A stretch of DNA of 64,000 bases from the NCBI RefSeq assembly GCF_009914755.1, contig NC_060935.1. One strand, given 5' to 3'. The notes under the pieces are model-generated. The model ran no database searches. It saw only the letters and a program-made list of their open reading frames with translations, and was not told the DNA's origin. Source of the DNA: the human T2T-CHM13v2.0 reference genome, Homo sapiens. Shown in pieces: positions 1 through 17,928 of the stretch; within the stretch, counting starts at the first letter, position 1, and every line of letters begins with the position of its first letter. The translations under genes were made by a program, and so were the position numbers.

Positions 1-192
1 ACTTTCAGTCTGTGTGTGTCTTTACAAGTGAAGTGAGTTTCTTGTAGACGTTGTTGAGTCATTTTTTATCCATTAAGCCTGTCTCTATCTTTTAGGTAGG
101 TAATTTAACACATATTCAAAGTTATTATTGATAGGTGAGAACTTATTCCTGTCATTTTGTTCATTGTTTTCTGGTTATTTTGTATATCCTTT
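1..192 (-). mobile_element. Old L1M fragment, interrupted by THE1
   Basis: T-rich L1-like antisense sequence that resumes after the THE1 TSD at 2462. Confidence 0.65.
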
Positions 193-2456
193 TGATTTGG
201 TTTGGCTGTGTCCCCACTCAGATCTCATCTTGAATTTCCATGTGTTGTGGGAGGGACCCAGTGGGAAGTAGTTAAATCATGGGGGCAGGTATTTTCCATG
301 CTATTCTTTTGATAGTGAGTAAGTCTCATGAGATCTGATGGTTTTAAAAGGAGGAGTTTCCCTGCTCAAGCTCTCTCTTTGCCTGCTGCCATCCCTGTAA
401 GATGTGACTTGTCTCTCCTTGACTTCTGCAATGATTTTGAAGCCTCCCCAGCAAAGTAGAACTGTAAGTCCATTAAACCTCTTTCTTTTGTAAATTTCCC
501 AGTCTTGTATGTGTCTTTATCAGCCGTGTGAGAATGGACTAATATAGTAAATTGGTACCAGAAGTGAGGTGTTCCTAAAAGATACCTGTATATGTGTAAG
601 TGATTTTGGAACTGGGAAACAGGCAGAGGTTGGAGGGCTCAGAAAGAGACAGGAAAATGTGGGAAAATTTGGAAGAGATTTCCTAGAGACTTGCCCAAAA
701 TGCTGATGGTTATATGAACAATAAAGTCTAGGCTGAGATGGTCTCAGATGGAAATGAGGAACTTGCCAGGAACTGGCACAAAAGTGACTCCTGTTATGTT
801 TTAGCAAAGAGACTGGTGGCATTTTGCCCCTGCTGTAGAGATTTGTGGAATTTTGAACTTGAGGGAGATGATTTATGTTATCTAGTAGAAGAAATTTCTA
901 AGCAGCAAAGCATTCAAGAGATGACTTGGGTGCTGTTAAAGGCCCTCAGTTTTATAAGGGAAGCAGAGCATAAAAGTTTGGAAGATTTGCAGCCTGACAA
1001 TGCAATAGAAAAGAAAATCCCATTTTCTCAAGAAAAATTTGATCTGGCTGCAGAAGTTTGTTTAAGTAACGAGGAGTCAAATGTGAATCTCCAAGACAAT
1101 GGGGAAAATGTCTCCAGGGCATGTCACAGAGCTTCATGGCAGCCCCTCCCATCAAAGGCCCAGAGGCCTAGGAAGAAAAGATGGTTTTGTGGACTGGACC
1201 CAGGGCCCCCCTACTGTGAGCAGCCTCGGGTGCCTGAGTCTTAGCCACTCCAGCTGCAGCTAAAAGGAGCCAAGGTACAACGTGGGCTGTGGCTTCAGAG
1301 GGTGCAAGCCCCAAACCTTGGCAGCTTCCACATAGTGTTGAGCCTATGGGTGCATAGAAGTCAAAAATTGAGGGTTGGGAACTGCTGCCTAGACTTCAGA
1401 ATATGTATGGAAATGCCTAGTTGCAGGCAGGAGTTTGCTGCAGGGGCAGGGCACTCATGGAGAACGTCTACTAGGGCATTGCAGAAGGGAAATGTGGGGT
1501 CGGAGTGCCCACATAGAGTCCCTACTGCAGCATCACCTAGTGGAGCTGTGAGAAGAGGGCCACCATCCTCCAGACCCCAGAATGGTGGATTCACTGACAG
1601 ATTGCACTGTGTGTCTGGAAAAGCTGCAGACACTCAATGCCAACCCATGAAAGGAACCAGGAGGGGGTTTATACCCTACAAAGCCACAGGAATGGAGCTG
1701 TGGCCTTTTTTCTCCCAAGGTCATGGGAGCCCACCTCTTACATCAGCATGACCTGCATGTGAGACATGGAGTCAAAGGAGATCATTTTGGAGCTTTGAGA
1801 TTTGACTGCCCCACTGGATTTTGGGCTTGCATGGGGCCTGTAACCCCTTTGTTTTGGCAATTTATCCCATTTGGAATGACTGTGTTTACCCAATGCCTAT
1901 ACCCCCCATTGTATCTAGGAAGTAACTAACTTGTTTTTGATTTTACATGCTCATAGGCAGAAGGGATTTGCCTTGTCTCACATGAGACTTTGGACTGTGG
2001 ACTTTTGAGTTAATGCTGAACTTAGTTAAGACTTTGGGGGACTGTTGGGAAGGCATAATTTGTTTTGAAATGAGATTTGGCAAGGGCCAGGGGCAGAATG
2101 ATATGCTTTGGTTGTGTACCCACCCAAATCTCATCTTGAATTCCCACATGTTGTGGGAGGGTCCTGGTGGGAAGTAATTGAGTCATGGGTGTAGGTCTTT
2201 CCCATGTTGTTCTTGTGAAAGTGAATACGTCTCACAAGGTCTGATGGTTTTAAAAAGGGTAGTTTCCCTGCAGAAGCTCTCTCTTTGCCTGCTGCCATCC
2301 AGGTGAGACATGACTTGCTTTTTCTTGCCTTCCAATGTGATTGTGAGGCTTCCTCAGCTACGTGGAAATGTAAGTCCATTAAACCTCTTTCTTTTGTAAA
2401 TTGCCCAGTCTCAGTCAGGTATGTCTTTATCAGCAGTGTGAAAACAGACTAATACA
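193..2456 (+). mobile_element. Full-length THE1 (MaLR) retroelement: LTR 193-546, internal 547-2098, LTR 2099-2456
   Basis: Two similar ~355-bp LTRs (TGAT.TG.TTTGG.TGTG...GACTAATA[C/T]A); 5-bp TSD CCTTT at 188-192 and 2457-2461; internal ORF 738-1244 resembles the THE1-int gag-derived ORF. Confidence 0.93.
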
Positions 2457-2700
2457 CCTTTGTTCCTTTTTTCTCTCATTATTTATTGTTGCAGTTTGGT
2501 GGTTTTCTTTAATGGTGACGTTTGAATCCTTTCTCCTTTGTGTGTCTGTGCTACCATGAGTTTTATACTTTCATGTATTTTCATGATGATAGATATTGTT
2601 CTTTTTCTTCCCAGTGTAGGACTCCCTTAAGCATTTTTTGTAGGACCACAACAAACAAGACACAAACAGTCTTTTGTTTATCTGGGAAATATTTTTTCTC

Positions 2701-2852
2701 TTTTTTAAGCAATGGAGTCTCACTCTGTCACCCAGGCTGGAGTACAGTGGCAGGATCATAGCTTACTGCAGCCTTGAACTCCTGGGCTCAAATGATCCTC
2801 CTGCCTCAGCCTTCTGAGTCTCTGGAATTGCAGATGTGAGCCACTGTGCCAG
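2701..2852 (-). mobile_element. FLAM/AluJ monomer
   Basis: Single Alu arm, antisense. Confidence 0.8.
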
Positions 2853-3899
2853 TCTTCTTCATTTGTGAAGGATAGCTTTGCTGGGTATAGCATTTTTGCC
2901 TTATTTTTTTTTTTTTTTTTACCTTGTAGTATACATCCCCTTTTCTCCTAGCCTGAAAGGTTTCTCCTGAGAAATCCCCTGTTAGCCTGATGGAGATTCT
3001 CTTATAAGTGACTTGCTGCTTTTCTCTTGCTGTTTTTAGCATTTTCTCTTTGTCTTTTGACAATTTTACCATAATGTGCCTTGGTGAAGACCTTTTTGAG
3101 TTGTATGTATTTGGTAATCTTTGAGCTTCCTGTATTTGGAAGCTTTCAGGAAGTTTTCAGTTATTATTTCATTAAATAGGTTTTCTATGCATTTACCCAT
3201 CTCATCTCCATCCAGAACTCCCAGAATTTCAGTTTTTGGTCACATATGTGTCCCATATGTCATGTAGCCTTGCTTCATTCTTTTTTCTTTCTTTTTGTCT
3301 GACTGGATTATTTTAAAAGACTAGTCTTCAGGTTCAGAAATTCTTTGTTTTGCTTGATCTAGTCTATTGTTAAAGCTGTCAATTATCTTTTATATTTCTT
3401 TCAATGATTTCATCTCTTCCAGGATTTGTGTTTGGTTCTTTGTTATGCTGTCTATCCCTGTTGAATTTCTCATTCAGATCATGAATTATTTTCCTGATTT
3501 TTTTGTATTCATTATCTGTGCTCTCTTATATCTCCCTGAGTTTCTTTAATATCATTATTGTGAATTTTTTTCAGGCATTTCATAGATTTTCTTTTCATTG
3601 GAATCTGTTGCTGGAGAATTATTGTGCTTCTTTGGAGATGTTATGTATCCTTTTTCATATTTCTTGCATCCTTATGTGACTATCTGTGCCCCTGACATAG
3701 CAGTCATTTCTTCCAATTTTCTGGGTTGGCTTTTATATGGGAAAGACCTTTTCTTATAGCTGTATCTACAGTGTTCATTGGATATCACACTTTGGCTTTG
3801 ATTCTCGGGGGGTACAGTGGTATAGTCTACATACGATTTCTTCAGCTGTAATTGGCATGAGTGGTGTCTGTGAGTTATTCAGTGGCTTAGACTGCAGTT

Positions 3900-4203
3900 T
3901 TTTTTGTTTGTGTGTTTGTGGTTGAGATGGAGTCTAGCTCTGTCACAAGGCTGGAGTGCAGTGACACAATCTGAGCTCACTGCAACCTCTGCCTCTCAGG
4001 TTCAAGCGATTCTCCTGCCTCAGCCTCCTGAGTAGCTGGGACTACACACACGTGCCACCACGCCCAGCTAATTTTTGTATTTTTAGTAGAGACGGGGTTT
4101 CACCATGTTGGCCAGGCTGGTCTCGAACTCCTGACCTCGTGATCTACCTGCCTCAGCCTCACAAAGTGCTGGGATTACAGGTGTGAGCCACCACACCCAG
4201 CCA
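3900..4203 (-). mobile_element. AluS
   Basis: Dimeric Alu consensus, antisense. Confidence 0.9.
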
Positions 4204-4830
4204 GACTGCAGTTGTTATTGGAGGCTGTGGTGAGGCTTTGCTGAGGATGGGGATGCCTGGAAGTCTTGTCCTTCAGCATCAGTGGTAGTGGTGGTAGACC
4301 AGGTGTGTCAATACTAGGGACCATGGGCAGTGTATGTGGGCACTGATGATAGCCTGTCTGCATGGGCCAATCCCTGGGCCTCCAGGTGGCTTCTTTGGTT
4401 GCTGGCAGTGGCAGCACTGGGCCAGGTGGGCAGGTGCGCCACTGGGCTCCTGGGTGGTGTGTGTGGCAGGCTGATCTCTAGTTCTCCAGGTGACGTGTGC
4501 AGGTTCTGGTGGTGGGTAGGCAGGTGTTTCCTCAGGCCTCTCAGTAGTAAGTGTGAGCGCTAGCTCTGGAGGCAGTGTGAGTCAATCTCCAGGCCCCCAG
4601 ATGGTACATTCAGGCACCAGCATATTCCTATGCATTTCTAGATAAAAGTATTTTTCAGAAAACCTGAGCATATGTCCTATTAATACAACTTACTCTCATC
4701 AGCTCTGCATGAGAAGAAGGGGGATTTCCCTCAGTAGAACAGTCAGAATGGAATCACAGACTTGTTTTGAGCCAGTCACTGGTAAGTGGGGGTAGGCTAA
4801 AATGATAAGCTCAGAATCTAAACCTTAGAC

Positions 4831-5051
4831 TAGGGAATGGCAAACTTTTTCCATAAAGAAGCAAAAGGTAATATTTTAGGCTTTTGGTCTAGATAACCTC
4901 TGTTGCAGTGACACAGTGGTGCCATCGTAGTCTAAAGCATATGTAGACAAGGCATAAATGAATGGACCTGGTTTTATTCCAGTAAAACTTAATTTATACA
5001 AACAGTCAGAGGGCCAGAATTGGCCCTTGGTCTATAGTTTGCCAACCCTGT
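4831..5051. mobile_element. MER58-type hAT MITE
   Basis: Terminal inverted repeats TAGGGAATGGCAAACT ... AGTTTGCCAACCCTG. Confidence 0.75.
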
Positions 5052-5162
5052 TTAGACCAGTCACAATTTATTCCCTGGGGCTGGGCCAAGTTTTTCTAAA
5101 AAAAAAAAAGTAAGCAACCCGCTGTCAGAATAAAATAGGGTTTCTATTTAAAAAGAAGAAGA

Positions 5163-5452
5163 GGCTGGGTGTGATGGCTCATGCCTATAATCCTAGCAAT
5201 TTGGGAGGGTGAGGCAGGAGGACTGCTTGAAGCCAGGAGTTTGAAACCAACTTGGACAATATAGTGAGACCCTGTCTCTGCAAAGAATAAAAAAATTAGC
5301 CAGGCATGGTGGCACATGTCTGTAGTCTTAGCTATGTAGGAGGTTGAAGGGGAAGATCAGGGGATCCCAGGATTTTGAGGTTACAGTGAGCTCTGACTCC
5401 ACTTGTACTCTAGCCTAGGCAAAGAGTAAGACTCCTTTTCAAAAAAAAAAAA
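5163..5452 (+). mobile_element. AluJ
   Basis: Diverged dimeric Alu with poly-A. Confidence 0.88.
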
Positions 5453-5636
5453 TGGTAATGGTTGGTTGGGGTGGGTTGGAGAAGAAAGTGTTTCTGAATT
5501 TCTGGGTAGGTAACTGGTAGTGTCAGGCCAAACTAGCTCTACAGTCTTATTCATTATAAATAAAGGCAACTAGAAGATCTCCATCTAGCTATTAAAAATT
5601 GGTTAAAATCTACAGAGATAAAGGATGGTGACCCTT

Positions 5637-6010
5637 GTATCTGTTAGTTATTGTCACAAAATGCTGCATAATAAGTCACTCCAAATCTCAGTGGCTTAAT
5701 ACAACAGTCATTTATTTTCATGGATCTATGGGTCAGCTGAGGATTGGTTAATCTAGCATGAGCATGTCTGGGAAGCTCTACTTTGCTCTTGGTGTCTCTT
5801 ATCTTCTGCTGGAAGCAGCAGGCTGGCCTGGGCTTGTTCTCATGGTGATAGCAGGAGTGAGTGAGCACAAATGAATGCACACTTTCCAAGTTTTTGGTCA
5901 TGCAGATTAATATTCCAGTGGCCAAAGCTAGACACATGACTAAACCCAACATTAGGGGCTGGAGAAATATACTCTGATTCTTCAGTGGGAGGAACTGCAG
6001 AGACAAATGG
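5637..6010 (-). mobile_element. MLT1 (MaLR) LTR remnant
   Basis: TGTATCTGTTAGTTATTG...CTCAGTGGCTTAATACAACA motif typical of antisense MLT1. Confidence 0.65.
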
Positions 6011-6763
6011 CAGAGTCTTGGATACAGGGAGGACATGGATCCATTAATGTACCTTAATCAACAACAGCCCTCTAACCACCAATACAATTAAATAAGTATT
6101 TGTTGAATGCACTTGTGCCTGAATGCTTCTGGCTGCAGCCCAGGCAATGGGGGCCTGACTGGGGAGGGACCATAGCAGGGACTCGATGTCCTGCAGGTCT
6201 GTATGTAATTGCGTACGGCCGACTCCACATTGGTCATGGCTGATTTGCTTTGTCCTGCGTCCCCAAGGGGCAACGATTGGCTGATTTTATTTCTGAACAA
6301 TTTTGACAAAGTTGTTTTCAGGAGCGCAGGAAGCAAATAAATTGTAGATTTGAATTTTGCAGGGGGTCAGAATTGTTGAATATATATACAGTCTTTTACA
6401 TGCTGATAATTATTTCCATACCACAAGGAAGGCTAGCTATTAGGAGGCTGCTGTTCAATTCCTTTGCCCTGTGAGCTCATGACCTGTGTCTATGTGGGGG
6501 GCACTCACTTGTTAGAGATATTTCCCTTCAGAATAACATTAGCCAATATTCTAAATAAATGCAGGAAATTAAATAGTCTTCCCCAGACAGGTACTTTGCC
6601 CTTCTAAAGTAAATTACACATTGTAAAATAAAAAACAGTCACATTAAAAAACCAAAAGGTCTTTGTATTAGGTTGGTGTGGCATCAGCAAAGATATTTTC
6701 CTCCAGAGTAGAAGATCTTTTTAATGCACGATATTGCGTGTGGCAGCCCCACATCTCGTTTCC

Positions 6764-7560
<797 letters not shown>

Positions 7561-7959
7561 TCTGAGATGTGCGAGAAGTGTCATATACACATTAGATTGT
7601 GAAGACTTAATATAAAAAGAAAGCAAAGTATTTTGTTAATGTTAAAATATTTTATACTTGCAGACCTGGTATTTCGGATAGATTTGTTTAAATCTGTGAT
7701 ATTATTCCAATTACCTTCACTTCTTTTGTTTTACTTTTTAAAATGTGGTTACTACAAAATGCAAAAGTAAATATGTGGCTTCCATCATATTTCATCACAT
7801 TTAGTGTGGACCCTGAGGATCTAGGGGAGTTATGAGCCTTAAGTTGAGGGTGACCCAGGTCAACGTGAATTGCTCTGAAAGAGAAGCAAAGGGCATAAAG
7901 AGAACGTATAAATGGAGAGAGGAGCTCAGTCTCACAGGGTGAGGAAAGGCTTTCTTTCT

Positions 7960-8720
<761 letters not shown>

Positions 8721-8870
8721 AAAATCTTCCTTGAAGAGATGACACTTAAGGAGAGGCCTAGGGGTGGGATGAGTTCACTATGTGGAGAAATGAGGAACAG
8801 CATTTCAGGGTGAGGAACAGTATAGTGAAGTCCCTGAGGTTGATAGGCATAGAGCAGATTTAAGGGACAG

Positions 8871-9230
<360 letters not shown>

Positions 9231-9386
9231 TGAGGCTGGAGAAAGAGAGGGGCTAGGTCATGGAGGGTCTCACATTAGAGTGTGGAAACTTCACACGAGT
9301 GGTCCCACCTTGGGCATCCCACGTAACTACTCTCTGTCCCAGCTTCCCTACTGGTGAAATAAAGGGCTGATGTAGGGATGGACTGA

Positions 9387-9733
<347 letters not shown>

Positions 9734-10799
9734 GAGCTTTTATCATTGTTAACCCACACAGCAGAGGGAGCCATTGAAATTTGAGTGATCTGTTTGGATG
9801 CACCTTCTGAAGTGATTGCTTTGGTCCCTGTGAGGAGTGCAGATTGTCACAGGGCCAGGGAAAAGCAGAGGCCAGTCTGGAGGCATTTGCAGTCAAACGG
9901 CTGGAGGTGATGGTGGCTTGGTTTATGGTGGTGTCAGGAGAGTGGCTGAGCAGTGAAGGATCTGAGAAAGATTTAGGAGGTAAAACCCACGTGACTTAGT
10001 CACTGAATGTGAGTTGTGTGGGCTGGAGGGAAGGTAAAAAAGAATGAGAAGAAAAACATACGCAGGTGGGCCCTCCAGCCTAGGGTTACTTGAGGTCCCT
10101 TTGTGAAGAGGAATGTTTGTGTTGATGATGAAGATGTCTAGACTTTGAAAGGCCATTTGCAGGGCTTTTTTTTTTTTTTTTAACAGCCAACAAATCCTCC
10201 TTCCCTGTGCCCTAAATATATGAATGTTTTTTGACCTAATTTATCACAGAGAGATAGACATTCATTTGCTTTAATGAGAAATGCGGAATGCCACTAAGAA
10301 AGCATATTAAATTAATCTGGATTGCTGTGAGGGAGTTAAATCTGTTTAGATGTGCACCAGTGTTACTATAATAGCTTGGTCTCAACCCATTTCTGGCCTG
10401 CGGCTGCAGGATGTTGACTCCCAGCTTGCTTTCATTTGAAAGATCCCAGCAACAAGCACATTTGGCATTTCCAGCCAAACCCACTTTGTGCAGCGAAGGA
10501 AAAGTTGAGGAGTGCCTCTGTTGTTTTCCCCCAAATCATTAGGCAGAAATGTGGCTGGGAGCTTCATTGTTGATTTTTTCAGTTTTAATATTGCTGTGGA
10601 AAGCCTGTACCAACACTCAGCCATGTTATTCATCTACAGCTCCAGTCTGGGCTGTGATTTGTTTTTCCTTTGAGTGACACAACCTTATTTTCCATTAAGA
10701 CTCAATGCAAATAGACACTCATGCACCATCACCATCACTCCCCCTGATTGGAGAAGGGAAGTCAATGCAGTGATTCTAGTTTGGTGTTCATATCGGAGG

Positions 10800-11098
10800 G
10801 TTTTATTTATTTATTTTGAGACGGAATCTCTCTCTGTCACTAGGCTGGAGTGCAGTGGTGCGCTCTCGGCTCACTGCAACCTCTGACTCCCTGGTTCAAG
10901 CGATTCTCCTGCCTCAGCCTCCCGAGTAGCTGGGCTTACAGGCATGTGCCACCACGCCCGGCTAACTTTTTGTATTTTTAGTGCAGACGGGGTTTCACCG
11001 TGTTAGCCAGGATGGTCTTGATCTCCTGACCTCGTGATCCGTCCGCCTCGGCCTCCCAAAGTGCTAAGATTATAGGCGTGAGCCACTGCGCCTGGCCT
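10800..11098 (-). mobile_element. AluSc-like
   Basis: Alu consensus antisense. Confidence 0.9.
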
Positions 11099-11194
11099 GG
11101 GGTTGTTTTTAAAAGCACATTTCTCTCAAATTAACTCCGGGGTGTCCCACTGTGACTAGGGCAAAGGTTTGGATTTTCTGGAGGTGGAAAGTCA

Positions 11195-11434
<240 letters not shown>

Positions 11435-11689
11435 GTCCTGTGTCCAAATCCCATGAGGGGTATCAGCTGACTGAAGATAAAATCGGTCACGCTGTGTTGA
11501 GATTGGGGTTGCTGTTATCATCCCTCATCCCCACCCCTGCTAGGCATCCACAAACAGTCATCTTCAATGAGACGTCCCTCCTGCCCCTGGCTGCCTTATT
11601 TCATCTGCACCCAACCATACCCATTGCTTGTCAGTGGGTCTCAACCTTGGCTGCACCTTGGAATCTCCTGGGGAGATGAGACAATACCA

Positions 11690-12121
11690 AGGCTCTCTCT
11701 CACTTAGCATGATGTTTCCAAGGTCCATCCACATGCAGTAGGCACCAATACTTTCATTGTATGGATACAGCACATTTTGTTTATTCATTCATCAACCAAA
11801 TGGCCATCTTGATTGTTGCTACCTTTTGGTTATTATATATATTACATGATTCCATTTATGTGAAAGGTCCAGAATAGGCAAATCTGTAGAGGCAGAAAGC
11901 AGGTAAGTGGTTGCCAGGAACTGGGGGAAAGGGGAGGGGATGGAGAGTGCTTGATTGGATACAGGGTTATTTTTTGGGGGGGCGGGGGGTGTTAATGAAA
12001 ATGTTTTGGAACTAGACAGAGATGATGATTGCTTAACATTGTGAATGTATTTAATGATACTGAAGTGTATGGTTTCATACAGGGACTTGTGTGTTGTGTG
12101 AATTTTGCCTCATTAAAAAAA
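11690..12121 (+). mobile_element. Old L1 3' fragment with inverted 5' part (11690-11835 is minus strand)
   Basis: Adjacent L1 3'UTR segments in opposite orientation followed by an A-tail. Confidence 0.7.
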
Positions 12122-12126
12122 TACTG

Positions 12127-12262
12127 CTAGGAGCAATGGCTCATGCTTGTAATCCCAGCACTTTGGGAGGCCAAGGCGGGCAGATCACCTGAGGCTGGGA
12201 GTTGGTGACCTGCCTGGCCAACATGGTGAAACCCTATCTCTATTAAAAATACATAAATTATC
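12127..12262 (+). mobile_element. Alu left arm only
   Basis: Ends at the central A-rich linker. Confidence 0.8.
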
Positions 12263-12552
12263 CCTTCACATCTTTGGGGGGTAATTTTTACAATGCAGTC
12301 TAACAACCAGCTGCCTCAAAATGAACTGGGATCCCTCGTAACCAGGTAGCTCCCCTATCTCCAACTCTCACCTGCCAAGTCAGAATCTTGTGGGTGGGGC
12401 TGAGGACTGTACATATTGAAACAGGCAGTAACCTGGGAACTATTTCTGAACACCCCTATGTTTCCCCTGTGTTTGCTCTTTCCTTTCACATTTGGACCCC
12501 TTTTTGTGCTGACCACTGGGCTGTTTCACATAGACATAACATAAATAAGACA

Positions 12553-12853
12553 GGCCTGGTGCAGTGGCTCATGCCTGTAATCCTAGCACTTTGGGATGCC
12601 GAGGTAAGCGAATCACTTGAGGCCAGGAGTTCAAGATCTGTCTGGCCAACATGACAAAACCCCATCTCTACCAAAAATATGAAATTAGCTGGGTGTGGTG
12701 ATGTACACCTTTGATCCCAGCTACTCAGAGGGCTGAGGCTGGAGAATCCCTTGAGCCCAGGAGGCAGAAACTGCAGTGAGCCGAGATCGCACTGTTGCAC
12801 TCCAGCTTGGGTGACAGTGAGACTCTTAAAAAAAAAAAAAAAAAAAAAAAAAG
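12553..12853 (+). mobile_element. Alu (J/S)
   Basis: Dimeric Alu with long poly-A. Confidence 0.9.
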
Positions 12854-13139
12854 ACAAAGATAGTCCTTCCTTTATGGAGCTCTCAGTAAAACAAGAAAGC
12901 TCAAGATGTCCTGGCATTTGTCAGAAATACATTTGGTATATGTAGCTGGGGTCACATGCTTGACATGCCTATTGAAAGCTTCTGGGTAGGAAGAGAACAA
13001 TCATCACAGCATCACAGCCTGGCATAACTGTCTCCAGGGACAGGTCTCCCTGGGGAGACTGAGACCACAACTCTGAAATCAGAGCTCAAATCCAGGTTCT
13101 ACATTTCGCTCAGTAATGTACATGATGTAGGACAGTTTT

Positions 13140-14555
<1,416 letters not shown>

Positions 14556-14590
14556 TTTGGTATTTTTAGTAGAGATGGGGTTTGCTGAAT

Positions 14591-14717
14591 GCAGCCCCCA
14601 GTCACGTACTCCCTGCTTGGTCAATAGATCAAGACCCTCTCATGTGGACCCCCTTAGAGTTGTGAGCCCTTAAAAGGGACAGGAATTGCTCACTTGGGGA
14701 GCTGGGTTGTTAGAGAC
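14591..14717 (+). mobile_element. LTR2 (HERV-E/Harlequin LTR) internal fragment
   Basis: CAGTCACGTACTCCCTGCTTG...GACCCCCTTAGAGTTGTGAGCCCTTAAAAGGGACAGGAATTGCTCAC matches the LTR2 U3/R region as recalled. Confidence 0.75.
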
Positions 14718-14876
14718 ATGCACCACCATGCCCAGCTAATTTTTTTTATTTTTAGTAGAGACGGGGTTTCACCATGTTGGTTGGCCAGGATAGTCTCGAT
14801 CTCTTGACCTCGTGATCCACCCACCTCGGCCTCCCAAAGTGCTGGGATTACAGGTGTGAGCCACTGCACCCAGCCC
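14718..14876 (-). mobile_element. Partial Alu (left arm plus linker)
   Basis: Alu antisense, truncated at the LTR2 junction. Confidence 0.85.
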
Positions 14877-15006
14877 AGAGAAGGCTTTTCATACTTGCTT
14901 CACAGCCTCCTGCATCCTACCCCAGCACCAGGCACTCACCACCTGTGGGCTGTGCTCATCTGTGATCATCTCTCCCCAGGTCTGCTGTTCCTCGAGAAAG
15001 GAAGTT

Positions 15007-15580
15007 GTAATGGGCAGAGTTCTAGGACAGCCCCCAAGAGACCCACTCCCTTATATCTGCTCCCTGTATCATCTCCTCTTGAGTGTGTGCAGAGCTTGTG
15101 ATTTGACCAAGAGGAAGGAATTTTGCAAATGTGACTATGGTCACACTTGCTTTGTTAAGCACATTTGCTCAGCTGACTTTGAGTTCATCCAAAGCAGAAT
15201 GATCTTAGGTGGGCCAGACCTAATCAGGTGAATCCTTTAAAGGTGAAGTTTCAGAGACTGAACTCTTAGCCTCCAAGGAGACACAAATGGCCATGCTGTG
15301 AGCTGTCTTTGGAGGTGGCAGCTCTAGGAGTTGAGGGCCTTCATTCAACAATTGTAAGTAATTGAATTCAGTTTACAGACTGAATAAGCTTGGAAGAAGA
15401 CACTGAGCATCCCATGAGACCCCAGCTCCAACTGACACTCTGGTTGCCGTATTGTGATCCTGAATAGAAGACCCAGTTAAACCCTGCCCAGACCCTTGGC
15501 TCATGAAAACAGATAATAACTGGGTGGTGTTTTAAGCTGCTCATTTTGCACTGGTAAATCCACCAACAGGAAAGTAATAT
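15007..15580 (+). mobile_element. MLT1 LTR
   Basis: TGTAATGGGCAGAGTTCTAGG start; GGGCCAGACCTAATCAGGTGA and TGTTTTAAGCTGCT motifs. Confidence 0.7.
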
Positions 15581-15591
15581 AGAAGTTAAAT

Positions 15592-15900
15592 GGGCCGGAC
15601 GTGGTGGCTCATGCCTGTAATCCCAACACTTTGGGAGGCTAAGGTGGGTGGATCACAAGGTCAAGAGATGGAGACCATCCTGGCCAACATGGTGAAACCC
15701 CGTCTCTACTAAAAATATAAAAATTAGCCAGGCGTGGTGGCATGCACCTGAAGTCCCAGCTACTCAGGAGTCTGAGGCAGGAGAATCACTTGAACCCAGG
15801 AGGTGGAGGTTGCAGTGACCCGGGACCATGCCACTGCATTCCCATCTGGGCAACAGAGAAAGACTCCATCTCAAAAAAAAAAAAAAAAAAAAAAAAAAAA
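15592..15900 (+). mobile_element. AluS
   Basis: Alu consensus with poly-A. Confidence 0.92.
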
Positions 15901-16265
15901 TTAAACGAATACTTTTGACCGTTGATGGAAGTTACTTTCATTCCCTCTTACTTAATCATCTTTATCTTAGCCCTGAAAGAGGGATGCTTTAACCCCATTT
16001 GTAACAAGTGAGTCTGAGGCCCAGGAAAGTGATATAATTTAGCAAAGTCCACCTTGCCCCCTGGTGGCTCCAGCTAGAACTCAGCCCCAGGTCCATATAC
16101 CTAAGTCATTACAACATCCACTGAAATTTTGCCCCTCTCTCCATGCCTTCCTCTTTAGAAGCCTGTTCCTTCAGGGATAGATCCCAACCCAGTGTTACAA
16201 GGTACTGAACTCTGATTTTCACAAAATATAGTAACTACTCCCCAAAATTAATAATAGTATTTTTG

Positions 16266-16577
<312 letters not shown>

Positions 16578-16847
16578 TTATGTGTCAACCACTGGGCTAT
16601 CCCAACACCAATAGATATTATGATTATGATTAGTTTTTCCAGTTTATTGATGAGGAAACCAACACAAACCAACACATAGAAACGTAAAGGAACTTGCCAG
16701 AGGTGACGGTCACACAGCCAAAGAACTGTAGAAGCAGCACAGGCATCCCAGCAAACTCACAGCCAAGCTCTGCTTTTCACCTTCACATCATACTGTCCTG
16801 AGACTAAAACCCTAACTCTGACCTTCCCAATCAAAAATCATACTCAA

Positions 16848-17145
16848 GGATGGGCGTGGCAGCTCACGCCTGTCATCTCAGCACTTTGGGAGGCCGAGGC
16901 AGGTGGGTCACCTGAGGTCAGGAGTTCCAGACCAGCCAGGCCAACATGGTGAAACCCCATCTCTATTAAAAATACAAAACTTAGCCAGGCGCAGTGGTGG
17001 GTGTCTGTAGTCACAGCACTTTGGGAGGCTGAGGCATGAAAATCACTTGAACCCAGGAGGCATAAGTTGCAGTGATCCATGATCATACCACTGCACTCCA
17101 GCCTGGGCAAGAGAGTGAGACTCTGTCTCAAAAAAAAAAAAAAAA
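16848..17145 (+). mobile_element. Alu
   Basis: Alu consensus with poly-A. Confidence 0.9.
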
Positions 17146-17562
17146 TTGTGCTTAATAATAACTTGGAAGTGCACATATCTTCTGTGAAGTTTGATGGACA
17201 ATTAGCTTCAAAACACAAATAAGTAACTGTGTTTAAATGAGGCCTTCTGTGTAATAGCTAGGGAAAATCAATGTAGCTATTCATATTTTGATTCCCCTTC
17301 CAGGCACAGAGAAGTTGACCATGTCTCTGTGATCTGCTTTGTCCAATGAACCATGAGCAAGAGCAACTTGAGTCACCTCCAGGTGGAAGTGTTAAGAGGC
17401 TGTGTGATCCACCACATTCCCTTTCCCCTGAAGTGGTGATCAAGGACACATGCAGAGATGGGGCTTTTGTCAGCCTGGATCCCTGAGTGAACACAATGAA
17501 CAGACCACCCCAAAATGCCCTAACACAGCCCAGACATCCAACGTGACCAAGAATAAGCCTCA

Positions 17563-17928
<366 letters not shown>

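Larger units (their letters stand above)
2462..4620 (-). mobile_element. Old L1M ORF1/5' region remnant (continuation), with Alu inserts
   Basis: ORF 2806-3072(-) KEKMLKTAREKQQVTYKRISIRLTGDFSGETFQARR is L1 ORF1p-like; GC-richer 5'UTR-like part 4200-4620. Confidence 0.75.

Noticed and set aside
738-1751. 168-aa and 149-aa ORFs as a novel gene
   Set aside because: Fragments of the THE1 internal region between its two LTRs.
6088-6336. 82-aa minus-strand ORF in unique-looking DNA
   Set aside because: Non-ATG start, no recognisable homology, ends in an L2-like tail.
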